Made by a program: the position numbers and the translations under genes. This document shows, piece by piece, positions 30,320 to 46,197 of a stretch of 64,000 nt of DNA. Where the stretch lies: assembly GCA_964016885.1 (NCBI GenBank), contig OZ024740.1:169756001-169820000 (forward strand), in the 5' to 3' direction. The notes beneath the pieces are model-generated. The model ran no database searches, was not told the DNA's origin, and worked only from the letters and a program-made list of their open reading frames with translations. The stretch's first letter is position 1. Every line of letters starts with the position of its first letter. This stretch comes from Eledone cirrhosa. Lineage: Eukaryota.

Positions 30320-33035
30320 TAATAACAGCAGCAACAACACCAGCAACATTGATAACAGCAGCAACACCAGCAACATTGATAACAGCAGCAACACTGATAA
30401 CAGCAGTAACATTGATAACAGCAGCAACAGCAGTAATATTGATAACAGCAGCAACAGCAGTAACATTGATAACAGCAGCAACACAGATAACAGCAGTAAC
30501 ACTGATAACAGCAGCAACACTGATAACAGCAGCAACACTGATAACAGCAGTAACACTGATAACAGCAGTAACACTGATAACAGCAGTAACATTGATAACA
30601 GCAGCAACACTGATAACAGCAGTAACACTGATAACAGCAGCAACACTGATAACAGCAGCAACACTGATAACAGCAGTAACACTGATAACAGCAGTAACAC
30701 TGATAACAGCAGCAACACTGATAACAGCAGCAACACTGATAACAGCAGTAACACTGATAAAGCAGTAACACTGATAACAGCAGTAACACAGATAACGGCA
30801 GTAACACTGATAACAGCAGCAACACTGATAACAGCAGTAACACTGATAACAGCAGTAACACTGATAACAGCAGCAACACTGATAACAGCAGTAACACTGA
30901 TAACAGCAGTAACACTGATAACAGCAGCAACACTGATAACAGCAGTAACACTGATAACAGCAGCAACACTGATAACAGCAGTAACACTGATAACAGCAGC
31001 AACACTGATAACAGCAGTAACACTGATAACAGCAGTAACACTGATAACAGCAGCAACACTGATAACAGCAGCAACACTGATAACAGCAGTAACACTGATA
31101 ACAACAGTAACACTGATAACAGCAGTAACACTGATAACAGCAGCAACACTGATAACAGCAGTAACACTGATAACAGCAGCAACACTGATAACAGCAGTAA
31201 CACTGATAACAGCAGTAACACTGATAACAGCAGCAACACTGATAACAGCAGTAACACTGATAACAGCAGTAACACTGATAACAGCAGTAACACTGATAAC
31301 AGCAGCAACACTGATAACATCAGTAACACTGATAACAGCAGTAACACTGATAACAGCAGTAACACTGATAACAGCAGTTACACTGATAACAGCAGCAACA
31401 GCAGTAACATTGATAACAGCAGTAACACTGATAACAGCAGCAACACTGATAACAGCGGTAACACTGATAACAGCAGCAACACTGATAACAGCAGTAACAC
31501 TGATAACAGCAGTAACACTGATAACAGCAGCAACACTGATAACAGCAGTAACACTGATAACAGCAGTAACACTGCTAACAGCAGTAACACTGATAACAGC
31601 AGCAACACCAGCAACACTGATAACAGCAGCAACACTGATAACAGCAGTAACACTGATAACAGCAGCAACACTGATAACAGCAGCAACACTGATACAACAG
31701 TAACACTGATAACAGCAGTAACACTGATAACAGCAGCAACACTGATAACAGCAGTAACACTGATAACAGCAGTAACACTGATAACAGCAGCAACACCAGC
31801 AACACTGATAACAGCAGAAACACTGATAACAGCAGTAACATTGATAACAGCAGCAACACTGATAACAGCAGCAACACTGATACAGCAGTAACACTGATAA
31901 CAGCAGTAACACTGATAACAGCAGTAACATTGATAACAGCAGCAACACTGATAACAGCAGTAACACTGATAACAGCAGTAACACTGATAACAGCAGCAAC
32001 ACTGATAACAGCAGTAACACTGATAACAGCAGTAACACTGATAACAGCAGTAACATTGATAACAGTAGCAACAGTGATAACAGCAGTAACACTGATAACA
32101 GCAGTAACACTGATAACAGCAGTAACACTGATAACAGCAGTAACACTTATAACAGCAGTAACACTTATAACAGCAGCAACACTGATAACAGCAGTAACAC
32201 TGATAACAGCAGCAACACTGATAACAGCAGTAAGACTGATAACAGCAGTAACACTTATAACACCAGTAACACTGATAACAGCAGCAACAGCAGTAACATT
32301 GATAACAGCAGCAACAGCAGTAACATTGATAACAGCAGTAACATTGATAACAGCAGCAACAGCAGTAACACTGATAACAGCAGCAACACTGATAACAGCA
32401 GTAACACTGATAACAGCAGTAACATTGATAACAGCAGCAACATTGATAACAGCAGCAACAGCAGTAACATTGATAACAGCAACAACACCAGCAACACTGA
32501 TAACAGCAGCAACACTGATAACAGCAGTAACACTGATAACAGCAGTAACATTGATAACAGCAACAACAGCAGTAACACTGATAACAGCAGCAACACTGAT
32601 AACAGCAGTAACACTGATACAGCAGTAACACTGATAACAGCAGCAACAGCAGTAACATTGATAACAGCAGTAACAGCAGTAACATTGATAACAGCAGCAA
32701 CAGCAGTAACAGTGATAACAGCAGCAACAGCAGTAACATTGATAACAGCAGCAACAGCAGTAACACTGATAACAGCAGCAACACTGATAACAGCAGTAAC
32801 ACTGATAACAGCAGTAACATTGATAACAGCAGCAACAGCAGTAACATTGATAACAGCAACAACACCAGCAACACTGATAACAGCAGCAACACTGATAACA
32901 GCAGTAACACTGATAACATCAGTAACATTGATAACAGCAGCAACAGGAGTAACAGTGATAACAGCAGCAACAGCAGTAACAGTGATAACAGTAGCAACAG
33001 TAACAAGAGTTACAGTAGCTTTAACAGTAACTGTC
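30320..33035. repeat. ~2.7-kb minisatellite, 18-bp unit ACACTGATAACAGCAG(T/C)A built from 9-mers
   Basis: Direct reading. The long ORFs (LITAVT, SVLLLL, YQCYCC) are translations of the repeat and switch frame at small deletions. Confidence 0.97.
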
Positions 33036-33064
33036 CATAACAATATAAATAGCATTATTATTAT

Positions 33065-33445
33065 TTGGCAGTATCGGTAGAGGGTCGGACGCCATGCTTT
33101 CCAGCATAGTTACGTCCCTTTACGATCTGAGCTCAAATCCCGCCGAGGTTAACTTTGCCTTTCGTCCTTACGGGGTCGATAAAATAAAGTACCAGTAATG
33201 TACTGAGTAATTGCTGGCCTTTTGCCAAATGTAGAAACAATTATTATTGGTGGATTGGCAGTATCAGTAGAGAGTCGGATGCCATGCTTTCCAGCATAGA
33301 GTTATGCCCCTTTACGGACTGATTTCAAATCCCACCGAGGTTAGCTATGCCTTTCATCCTTACAGAGTCGATAAAAAATAAAGTCCCAGTAATGTACTGG
33401 GTATTTGCTGGCATTTTGCCAAAAGTAGAAACAATTATTATTATT
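33065..33445 (+). mobile_element. Two tandem Nin-like tRNA-SINEs
   Basis: Copies at 33065-33248 and 33249-33445, each ending GTAGAAACAA(TTA)n. Confidence 0.9.
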
Positions 33446-33487
33446 GATGGTGGTGGTGGTGGTAGTAGTAGTGGTAGTATTAGCAGC

Positions 33488-33528
<41 letters not shown>

Positions 33529-34538
33529 CAGCAGCAGAGGTAGTAGTTGTTGTCCAAATAATTTGTGTTCCTTCTTTGATGGATTAAAATACACGCACAT
33601 ACGCGCATTAAAAGAAACAGAAACGAAAAAAAGTCATTTTAAAAAGATCCAGGTGAATATTAGTATTTTTCGATATATGTATAAAGAGTTGATATATGTA
33701 TAAAAATATCACTATAGAAGTAGTCAATATATGAGTCTCTAAACCATCGCTTAATGTCATAGTGTTAGTACTTCTAGATACACTATACACCCCAAACATA
33801 AAAGAAATTGCGTGAAATGAACGAATAAACCTCCCAAAAATGATGATTCCGATAATTTTGTCGTCTCTGTAGAACAATATAGAAACTCCATAATATGACG
33901 GTTGCAGACTGATAACATCCGTCACCCCATACCAGTAATATTTAGATTTGTTTATGTTCTATTAGAGGGAAATACTGTCTCGGATATATATATATTAATT
34001 TTTATGATAAGGCAGACTAGGGCTAAATAATTGTTTCTACTTTTGGCAAAATAATGACAGTGAAAACTGATTGTTATAACCAAATGCATTAATCTGTTAT
34101 AAATTCGCCTAAGCCAGATCACCCTCATTGATTCAGTTGAAGAGGTATAACAATTGTTGTATAGCCACAAGTTATTTTTAATCGAAAATATTTATTATCA
34201 ATGCATTCTAACTTCGACTTTACTTTTGTATATTCTAATATTATTTTCTCCATTGTGTTTTTCTCTCGAAGTCCCTTGAAATATGGTTAAGATAGCTAAC
34301 ATATATTTATTTGTGAAATATTGCTTTCGCCTTTCAAATCAAATAAACTAGTTGCACTTTTTCATAATAATATCTAGTTCAGAAATACAGAAATGTTGCT
34401 GTTGGGTTTATTGTCGTTGTTGGATTTTAATGATGATGCTGTTGTTGTTGTTGTTGCAGTTTTTATTTAGTCCCCAAATCAACTCAGAGCAAACCGATCT
34501 AGTGCTAATCACATATTTGTTATTACCACCTCCTCTTT

Positions 34539-34757
34539 GGGGTGATGGATTGGCAGCGTCGTTAGAACGTCGGACCACATGCTTTAGAGCATAGGGTTAC
34601 GTCCCTATATGATCTGAGTTCAAAACCCGTCGAGGTTAACTTTGCCTTTCATCTTTACGGGATCGATAAAATAATGTACCACTAATGCACTGGGGGCGAT
34701 TTAATCGACTTTCATATTCCTCCAAATTGTTGGCTTTGTGCCTAAATCAGAAACCTT
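34539..34757 (+). mobile_element. Nin-like tRNA-SINE
   Basis: A box, B box and CCTTTCATC...GATAAAATA core present. Confidence 0.85.
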
Positions 34758-36609
34758 TATCATCTCGTCTTTTCGCTTTTCTGATATTGTCTACACTCAA
34801 CATTATTATCCAATGAGACCGTTCTTGTGAATTTAGTGCTGTGATCTGACGGAAGTTTGTTAGTCATTTTTAGCAGGCTGAGCAACTTTAACGACAAACC
34901 TGCGTTGATGGAGAGCTGTTATTGTTAGGTTCATACAAGTGTATAGAAAATGTTTCTAATATAAATATCACATATTCAATATAGAGCTGTTGTGTTCGGT
35001 TGGTTTATGTTTCGCATAAATATTCAAATATTTAATTGAAAAGCTATTCATTAGAGAAAATAACATCTTTCAGAAATATGAAGATATGGTCTGAAAAATC
35101 AAATAAATCACGATACATTCAATAATCAATCTAAATTCTCTTATTTGATGATTATTGAATGCCACAAAAATTCATAATACCTGCTTGATTGCTATAATCG
35201 AAAATTCAATAATAGTTATTGACCAACAATAAAAAAACCCCCACAAAAGTTACTAAATTGCCCCAGGCTCTTCATTTTATTGAATACACACATATACACA
35301 CATAAATATAAATATATGCATACTTACATATATATATATACACACTTTTACATATATATATATCCATTTGAATGTTTAAAAATTTAAAACGAAAAATAGA
35401 ATAATCGGGGAAGTGTCGGGTTCACATATATACGGCTCTTGATTTGGAATTATAGACATATATTTGTATCTAATAGAAACATATTGTCCATATGCTTTTG
35501 AATCTAATATATGGGCAAAGTTGGTGGTAGTAGAGATTAAATTCTTCAGTCATTAAATAAACGAATAAAAACACGAATAAACACAAATAAACATACTGAA
35601 TGTGATCAAAATAAATGCTAGAATTTGTAAATTTTCCTACTGATTAAAGTGAAAATTTCCGTTTACAAATTTTTGAAATTTATTCAGTATTCAACAATAG
35701 TCTCTAATAGAAATGTTAATAGGCTAATTTTCCTTTTTACTTTATTTTAGCCTTGATAGTGGAGATAAAATGCATGCTATTTAGAAGATGAAACCATAAA
35801 CCAACGATGCAAATAAAAGGTCACTGGAATTTAAATATTCAAGCCAACAACTCAACTGGAATAATACAATTAATGGTTATAAATACAACTCGTTTACCAA
35901 AGTCGGATAACCTTGAACTATACATATATGATGCCGGTTACCAACAATAATGTTACAAATAACACTAATAATTCTGTATAACATTGGCACAAATTTAATT
36001 TTGTGAAGAGCAAGATGTAGTTGATTTAAGCATATTCAGCACTTTATTAATAATTATTTAATTGACCTCGAAAGAGTAAAAGGAAACGTTACTTCTGACA
36101 TGTGTGATTTGAATATGTATGTAAAAGGGTTTATATTCGAACAAGATAATGTTGGCATCTCCCTATTTATTACGCCTTAATAGTAAAGGTGTCTAGCGTT
36201 GCCACAAGGTCTCAATTATTGATTGCGTACAAAGGCGCATCACATATTGGAGTTGGGGTATATTCGATCCTATCGATCCATGTTTTTCTCTAGTCCATTC
36301 TTTGATCGACTCGAACGAATTTGAAAAATAAATATGAAAAAAAACATAATATAAATAATCAACTAATAAATGATATCCTGATGCTGAATTCAGAAAATAC
36401 TGATGTATCAGTATGTCTCACATCCTGCAACAAGTATTTCTGCTGAAGAGCAATTGACGTAGTCTTATCTCCTCGCTAAAACAACATATGACATGTCTTA
36501 ATGTTGACAATGAGGGCATTAAATCTAAAATATAAAACTTGTAAGGTGAGATAAAAATATCCCAAATAATAGCAAATGTAAAAACATATATATATATATA
36601 TATATATAT

Positions 36610-38057
36610 TCAGGTTTGAGGTTCACCACTGTATAGAGCTGGTCTATTCCGTATGGTCAATCGTAATGCAATAATATAGAAAGTACTCAACGTAAAGCAG
36701 TTCAACCGTCTTTGTTTTTGTAGTTGGTGGTGCTATTACGGAGTTAAATATTATAATGAAATGACAGGAGGCTGGATTTGTGTAAATCCTTGAAAGGTTT
36801 ATTATACTATGATCATTTCAATGACCGGGTTCCGTATGAATCCGGTGATATCATCAGGTATTCGAAATATAATACGTGAATGTAATAGGTAAAATCCATG
36901 GGGTTGAAAATCGAGACCCGAGGGCGACCGCTATTCTGTTCCTTCAACCTCAGCCGGTCGCCCTGGAGTGACGAGGCTACATTTTACAGTATGCTACTAC
37001 CGGTCAGATGAACGAAAACAGAAAGGGATGGGAGCATAGGTTAATGTCGATCCCATGACACAAGGTAAAAGAAAGAAAGAAAGGAAGGAGAGAGAAGGGG
37101 GAAGAAAGAAGAAGAGAAGCCAGGGTTAATGTCAGCTAAAAGAGGAAGGCAACTACTACTGGTCAGATATAGGCAAGCAAGAGGGGGAAGGAAGATAAGT
37201 CTGCGGGAGGAAGACAGGGGGAGGGGAGAAGAGAAGGAAGGGAAGAGAGAAGTAGAAAAGTAAGGGTTGATGGCTACAAGAAGGAAGATAGAAAGAAAGA
37301 GGAAGAAAGGTCGATATTAATGTCAGACCACAGTCAAGCCAGGAGTTGCGCGAGAAAATGTTCACAGGGACCCGCATCTTAGCAGAGGTGAATATATTGG
37401 GAGTCAGTGTTTTACAGTGTTTAGACTTCTAGGATGAAGTTAAAAAATTAATAATCAATATTCAATATTAAAAAGGTTAGAAAATTTAAAGTTCAACAGT
37501 TTAACATTTAATTATCTAATAGTTCCGATTTGTTCTGTAATTTAAAGGTACTATTTGGCGGTTAAAACACCGGCCGCGCCCCGGGCCCCATGGCGAATTA
37601 AGGCACGCCGAGTATTTTCATTTACTGAAAGAAGGGGAAATTTATTTTTCCAAGCACTCCAGGTGAGCTCGTTCGCAAGGGAGCCGGTCGCGCCGCCATT
37701 AAAACCCACCCAACAGTCCGACAGAAAGTTGGAACTTTAAAATTTTGCTTAGAGAAGTAAAAGAGTAATGGTTGATAGCTACAAGAAGGAAGATAGAAAG
37801 AGAGAGGAAGGAAGGTCGATATTAATGTCAAACCACAGTCGGGCGACAAAGCCAGGAGCGGCGCGACAAAACTCCCACAGGGACTCGCATCTTAGCAGAG
37901 GTGAATATATTGGGGGTCAGTGTGTTACAATGTTTAGACTTATAGGATGAAGTTAAAAAATTAATAAATTAATAATCAATCGGATGAAGTTCCAATCCTA
38001 TAAGTTAATAAGTTGAGCTCTAAATTTTCTAACCTCTTTAATATGGAATATTGATTA
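36610..38057 (-). mobile_element. Non-coding hammerhead-bearing element between (TA)n tracts, with internal direct and inverted repeats
   Basis: Hammerhead at 36804-36861; direct repeat 37247-37459 / 37751-37980; inverted repeat 37452-37505 / 38003-38057. Confidence 0.55.
36804..36861 (-). ncRNA. Type I hammerhead ribozyme, family D
   Basis: Minus strand reads ATAC-CTGATGA-TATCACCGGATTC atacg GAACCCGGTCATT-GAAA-TGATCA-TA-GTAT; stem III is palindromic. Confidence 0.75.
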
Positions 38058-38240
38058 TGTATGTTTATATACATACATATATATATACATACATATATAT
38101 ATATATATACATACATATATATATATATATACATACATATATATACATATATATATATATATATACATATATATACATAAATATATATATATATACATAC
38201 ATATATATATATATATATACATATATATAAGTATATATAT

Positions 38241-38934
<694 letters not shown>

Positions 38935-38979
38935 AATATATATATACATATATATATATATACATATATACATATATAT

Positions 38980-39034
<55 letters not shown>

Positions 39035-39035
39035 A

Positions 39036-39070
<35 letters not shown>

Positions 39071-39184
39071 CATATATTTATTAAAATAACATATATTTTC
39101 CTTACCGAGCCATCTTTGGATTTTAGTCTTCAATTTTATTATTATTACTAATATATACATATATATACATATCTTTATATATAC

Positions 39185-39215
<31 letters not shown>

Positions 39216-39219
39216 CATA

Positions 39220-39282
<63 letters not shown>

Positions 39283-39370
39283 GTACATATATATATATAT
39301 ACATAAATATATATATACATATATATATACATATATATATATACATATATATACATATACATATATATAC

Positions 39371-39434
<64 letters not shown>

Positions 39435-39728
39435 ATATACATACATATATATATATGTACATATATATATATATACATAAATATATATATACATATATAT
39501 ACATATATATATACATATATATACATATATATATATACATATATATACATATATATATATACATATATATACATATATATATATACATATATATATATAT
39601 ACATACATATATATGTACATACATATATATATATATATACATACATATATATATATATGTACATATATATATATATGTACATACATATATATATATATAT
39701 ATATACATACATAGTTTTAATATAGATG

Positions 39729-39779
39729 AGATTCTACAGGACTAGAACTGTTTCATTCTTTAGAAATCATCAGGAATCT
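39729..39779 (-). ncRNA. Type I hammerhead ribozyme, family E, at the end of a ~530-bp non-coding element (39715-40250)
   Basis: Minus strand reads AGATTC-CTGATGA-T TTCT aa AGAA T-GAAA-CAG ttctagtc CTG-TA-GAATCT. Confidence 0.78.
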
Positions 39780-40338
39780 GGGTATCAAAAAATAAATATG
39801 GTATTTATAGGTCTCTACAAGTGGTAGGAGAGGGTGGGGAGTGGGATGGGTGTAGGTCATTGTTTGATAGAAAAGGGAATTCATTAAAAGCTAATTCTAC
39901 AAAGCTATAGTTTATTTTTATTTATTTTTGTTTTTAGAGTAACAAAGGCAGACAGAATTCTATAAACAGGTTCAGGATGGCATGCCACTCCTTATTATTA
40001 AGTTTCTCTTAAGCTAACAGGTGTCTATAAGATCAGTGTGTGGAGGGGGGGGGGGGTGAGTCATTGTAGATAGATTTAAAGGAAAGGGAGATTCTTTAAA
40101 AGCTAAATTCATTAAGGTTCTACTAAGTGACAAAGGTTTAGAGAATTCTGTAGACAAATTCAAAATATTGAGTGCATATCTTACAATTATCCTTAAATTT
40201 CTCTTAAACTATTCAACTATATGCCAAAAATCAAGAGACACATTCACAAAACGCACTCACTCACACACTCGCGCGCACCCATAAACACACATACACATAC
40301 ACATATACACACATATACACACAATACACATATAAATA

Positions 40339-40394
<56 letters not shown>

Positions 40395-40505
40395 TACACA
40401 TATACATATATATATATATACATATATATATATACATATATATATACACACATACACACACTCACACACACATACATATATAAATACATACATACACATA
40501 CATAT

Positions 40506-40550
<45 letters not shown>

Positions 40551-40629
40551 AATACGCACACACATCTATATATATATATATATACATATATACATATATA
40601 CATACACACACATATATACACATACACAC

Positions 40630-40714
<85 letters not shown>

Positions 40715-40816
40715 TATACACATACACACACATATACATATACATACACACTATATATATAAATATATATATACATACACACACACATATACATACACAC
40801 ATACACACATACATAT

Positions 40817-40861
<45 letters not shown>

Positions 40862-40878
40862 TGCATATACACACATAT

Positions 40879-40921
<43 letters not shown>

Positions 40922-41040
40922 TATATACACACACATATATATACATATATATACATATATATACATATATACACACCCACATCTATATATACACACTCAC
41001 ACACATATATATATACACACGCACACACACATATATATAT

Positions 41041-41109
<69 letters not shown>

Positions 41110-41191
41110 CACACACACACACATATACATATATATATACACACATATACACACACATACACATATATATACATATATATACATAAATAAA

Positions 41192-41260
<69 letters not shown>

Positions 41261-41266
<6 letters not shown>

Positions 41267-42505
41267 ATACTTTAGGAGGGTCATGTTGCCAATAAGAAAC
41301 ACACGCACCAGATGCTTCACTTCAATTTATTATATATTTATAAATTTATAAAGTTACAAATCTACAAACTTATAAATTTCTGGTTGGTTGGTTGGTTCCA
41401 CAACCAGATAGTTGTTTATATATAGTCATAGTCCTTTCGTCACACATTCTGTGACCTCTTCAGTGACTGGGGATTCCTTTCTTTGTTTTCTGTGCCTTTC
41501 CTTTCTTCTATCCTACGCCATTTTGTTTCTGTGTGTGTGTTGTGTGCTCAGTTTGCGCATGCGCCACATCCGGGTGTCTGTGTGTGTTTGTTTTCATTTA
41601 TCTATTTATTTATTTATTGTTGGTTGGTTGTTTGTTCTATGTGTCTGTGTGTTTTCATTTTGTCCTTAATTGTAAGTTGTAATGGTGCTGTTCCACTCAT
41701 ATTTTCTATTTAATTTTGGTTGTAATTCTTTTATGCTTACTGCCTCTGTAATTTGGCTAAACATTGCATCTTTTCTGTGTGTGGATTCTATTTTTATTTC
41801 TATGTTCTCTAATCTACCCCTGTGCTCTATCTTAGCATGTAAAGAATCATCTGTGCTCTACCACCATGCTAAGATAGAGCACAGGGGTAGATTAGAGAAC
41901 ATAGAAATAAAAATAGAATCCACACACAGAAAAGATGCAATGTTTAGGCAAATTACAGAGGCAGTAAGCATAAAAGAATTACAACCAAAAATTAAATAGA
42001 AAATATGAGTGGAACAGCAACATCACAACTTACAATGAAGGACAAAATGAAAACACACACACACATAGAACAAACAACCAACAAACAATAAATAAATAAA
42101 TAAATAAACAAATAGATAAATGAACACAAACAGACACCCGGATGTGGCGCATGCGCAAACTGAGCACACAACACACACACAGAAACAAAATAGCGTAGGA
42201 TAGAAGAAAGGAAAGGCACAGAAACAAAGAAGGAATCCCCAGTCACTGAAGAGGTCACAGAGTGTGTGACGAAAGGACTATGACTATATATAAACAACTA
42301 TCTGGTTGTGGAACCAACCAACCAACCAGAAATTTATAAGTTTGTAGATTTGTAAATTTATAAATTTATAAATATATAATAAATTGAAGTGAAAGCAATT
42401 GGTGCATGTGTTTCTTATTGGCAACATGACCCTACCAAAGTATATCAATATCGGTTTCAACACACGATTTCAGATAAAGAATCTTGCTAAACAAATTCAG
42501 AAACG

Positions 42506-42509
<4 letters not shown>
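41261..42509. mobile_element. Inverted pair of PLE family B 3' ends (~580-bp arms, 25-nt spacer); intact hammerheads at 41424-41468 (-) and 42241-42285 (+)
   Basis: Arms at 41261-41839 and 41865-42449 match 17450-17997. Hammerhead: AGTCA-CTGAAGA-G-GTCACA gagtg TGTGAC-GAAA-G GA C-TA-TGACT. The right arm runs into the ORF start [15 protein letters not shown]. Confidence 0.92.
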
Positions 42510-42574
<65 letters not shown>

Positions 42575-42716
42575 TATACACACATATATATATATACACA
42601 CACATACATATATACACATATACATACACATATATATACACGTACACACACACACACACACGTACATACATAACCTATATATACACATATACACACATGC
42701 ACACATATACACATAT

Positions 42717-42759
<43 letters not shown>

Positions 42760-42973
42760 AACATATATACACATATATACACATATACACATATATATAT
42801 ATATATATATATACATATATACACATATATATATACATATATATATACACATATATATATATACACATATATATATATATACACATACATACATACATAC
42901 ACACATACACACACATATATATATATATATATACACGACGGTTGGATGGCCACTGATGAGGACAAACTTTTTC

Positions 42974-43004
<31 letters not shown>

Positions 43005-43156
43005 CACATATATATACATATATATATATACACATACATACACACATACACACATACACACATACATATATACACACATATATATACACACATACATACA
43101 CACACACACACGCACACACATACATACACATATATATAAATATATACATATACCAC

Positions 43157-43191
<35 letters not shown>

Positions 43192-43384
43192 TATATATAC
43201 ACACACATATATACATACATCCACATACACACATATATATACACATATACATATATACATATATATAAATATATACACATACATACATACGCATACATAC
43301 ATATATATATACACATACATATATATACACATATATATATATATACATATATATATACATATACACACATACATATATACACAT

Positions 43385-43439
<55 letters not shown>

Positions 43440-43539
43440 CACATACACACCCATATACACATGTGCACACATACACATACATATACATACACATACATAT
43501 ACACACTTACACACAAATATATAGACATGCAAATAAATA

Positions 43540-44043
43540 AGTACTCAATAAATATACGCATATACGCAGGCACATAAAAACACCTCTACAGGTAGAAAAT
43601 GTAGATAGGTAAGAGGTACTCACATAACCATAGTGGCCGTATTTCACGTTGAGGAGGGGTGAGGGTAGAGTGGGAAGGAGGTATAGTGGCCAATAGGAGG
43701 AGGTCGTTTTTAGCCATCGGGCTTTAACACCGGCTTAAAGTGTTTGAAAGTTGCAAAGTTCTTGTGCATGCAGTTCGGGCAGTGTTCAGAGAGTTTGTTC
43801 AGTAGCGGCCCTTGGCGAATAAAATTTCGTAGCTCTCTGAAATACCAAGGTCGCAGCCCTTGTGTCCTCCGTTGTAAGAGCGCGCTTTCTGGAGTATTTT
43901 CCATTTAAGCGTGAAGGGAGTGGAGTTCACTTTGAGGTCCCAAACATAGGAGGCGAGTGTTGTCTGGTTTGATTTGTCCGGTCTTCTGAAGGAGTGGGTA
44001 TGGGCATACCAACGGGTCTTAAAGTTGTTGGAGGTCATGCCGA
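43540..44043 (-). mobile_element. Naiad-type PLE fragment (GIY-YIG C-terminus and 3' UTR)
   Basis: [20 protein letters not shown]...[11 protein letters not shown]...[28 protein letters not shown] is homologous to the endonuclease at 9710-10050. Confidence 0.85.
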
Positions 44044-44061
44044 TGTATATGTATATATGTA

Positions 44062-44125
<64 letters not shown>

Positions 44126-44131
44126 CATATT

Positions 44132-44171
<40 letters not shown>

Positions 44172-44348
44172 CATATTTATATATATATATATATACATAC
44201 ATATTTATATATATATATACATACACATATATATATACATACATATTTATATATATATATACATACATATATATATATATATACATACATATTTACATAT
44301 ATATATATACATACATATTTACATATATATATATACATACATATATAT

Positions 44349-44411
<63 letters not shown>

Positions 44412-44415
44412 CATA

Positions 44416-44473
<58 letters not shown>

Positions 44474-44492
44474 CATGTATATATGTATCTCC

Positions 44493-44530
<38 letters not shown>

Positions 44531-44553
44531 ATACATATATATATATACATACA

Positions 44554-44607
<54 letters not shown>

Positions 44608-44865
44608 CATATATACATATATATACATACATATATACGTATATATATATATATACATATATACATATATATATATACATACATATATATATATATACAT
44701 ATATATATATACATATATATATATATACGTTTATATATATATACATATATATAAATATATATATATACATATATATACACATATATATACATATATATAC
44801 ATATATATACATATATATACATATATATACATATATACACACATATATATATATACATAAATATA

Positions 44866-44896
<31 letters not shown>

Positions 44897-44943
44897 GCAT
44901 GTATATATATATATATGTATATATATATGTATATATATATATG

Positions 44944-45055
<112 letters not shown>

Positions 45056-45090
45056 CATATATATATACATATATATATATATATACATAC

Positions 45091-45129
<39 letters not shown>

Positions 45130-45167
45130 CATATATATACATATATATATGTATATATATATATATG

Positions 45168-45199
<32 letters not shown>

Positions 45200-45300
45200 C
45201 ATATATATATACATATATATATATACACATACATATATATATATATACATACATATATATATATATACATACATATATACATATATATAAATATATATAT

Positions 45301-45521
45301 TTTTAAGGAACGATCGACTTTCGTCAAATCGGACCGAGGGAACAATGTTTTCGTTGGTCTTTCCAATTGCTAATACAATCTATGGGTCGCAACTCCAGGT
45401 AGAAGGAGCAACGTGAAATAAAGTGTCTTGCCCAAGGACATAACGCATCACTTGGTCCAGGAATCGAACTCACAACCTTACGATTGCGAATCCAATTCCC
45501 TAACCACTCAGCCACACGCCT

Positions 45522-45525
<4 letters not shown>
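45301..45525 (-). mobile_element. tRNA-derived SINE, copy of 38241-38465
   Basis: About three substitutions relative to the other copy; flanked by (TA)n. Confidence 0.85.
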
Positions 45526-45580
<55 letters not shown>

Positions 45581-45674
45581 TTTGAGTTTATGTTGGTTTT
45601 ATACCAACACCTCAGTATGCAGGCTGGAGCACTCGACGGGGTGCGCAGGTTGGTTTAGTTACTCCGGAGTAGTG

Positions 45675-46111
45675 TAAAATAAAGTTAAATAAAAGTCAAA
45701 TGATTAAAATTTAGCTTCGTTTATTACTGCTATATATATTTCAGTGACAGCCATCTTTGGCTGTGACCTCTTCAGGCAGTTTGAATTAGTATGGTATAGA
45801 CAAGTACATATGTTGTTTAGGTGTATGATATTGTCAATACTCTGATATGCCCAGTTCCTTGCTGGGTTGTTAATTCACTGGGGAACTGGAGTCATATATG
45901 ACTCCAGTTCCCCAGTGAATTAACAACCCAGCAAGGAACTGGGCATATCAGAGTATTGACAATATCATACACCTAAACAACATATGTACTTGTCTATACC
46001 ATACTAATTCAAACTGCCTGAAGAGGTCACAGCCAAAGATGGCTGTCACTGAAATATATATAGCAGTAATAAACGAAGCTAAATTTTAATCATTTGACTT
46101 TTATTTAACTT

Positions 46112-46118
<7 letters not shown>
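45675..46118. repeat. 444-bp spacer-less palindrome with a family F hammerhead in each arm (45726-45780 -, 46013-46067 +)
   Basis: Centre GTCATA|TATGAC at 45896/45897. Hammerhead: ACTGC-CTGAAGA-GGTCACAGCC aaagat GGCTGTCACT-GAAA-TATATA-TA-GCAGT. Confidence 0.92.

Positions 46119-46194
<76 letters not shown>

Positions 46195-46197
<3 letters not shown>

Noticed and set aside
30223-33080. Long Leu-, Cys- or Thr/Ala-rich ORFs
   Set aside because: They are minisatellite translations with frame switches and no splice or domain evidence.
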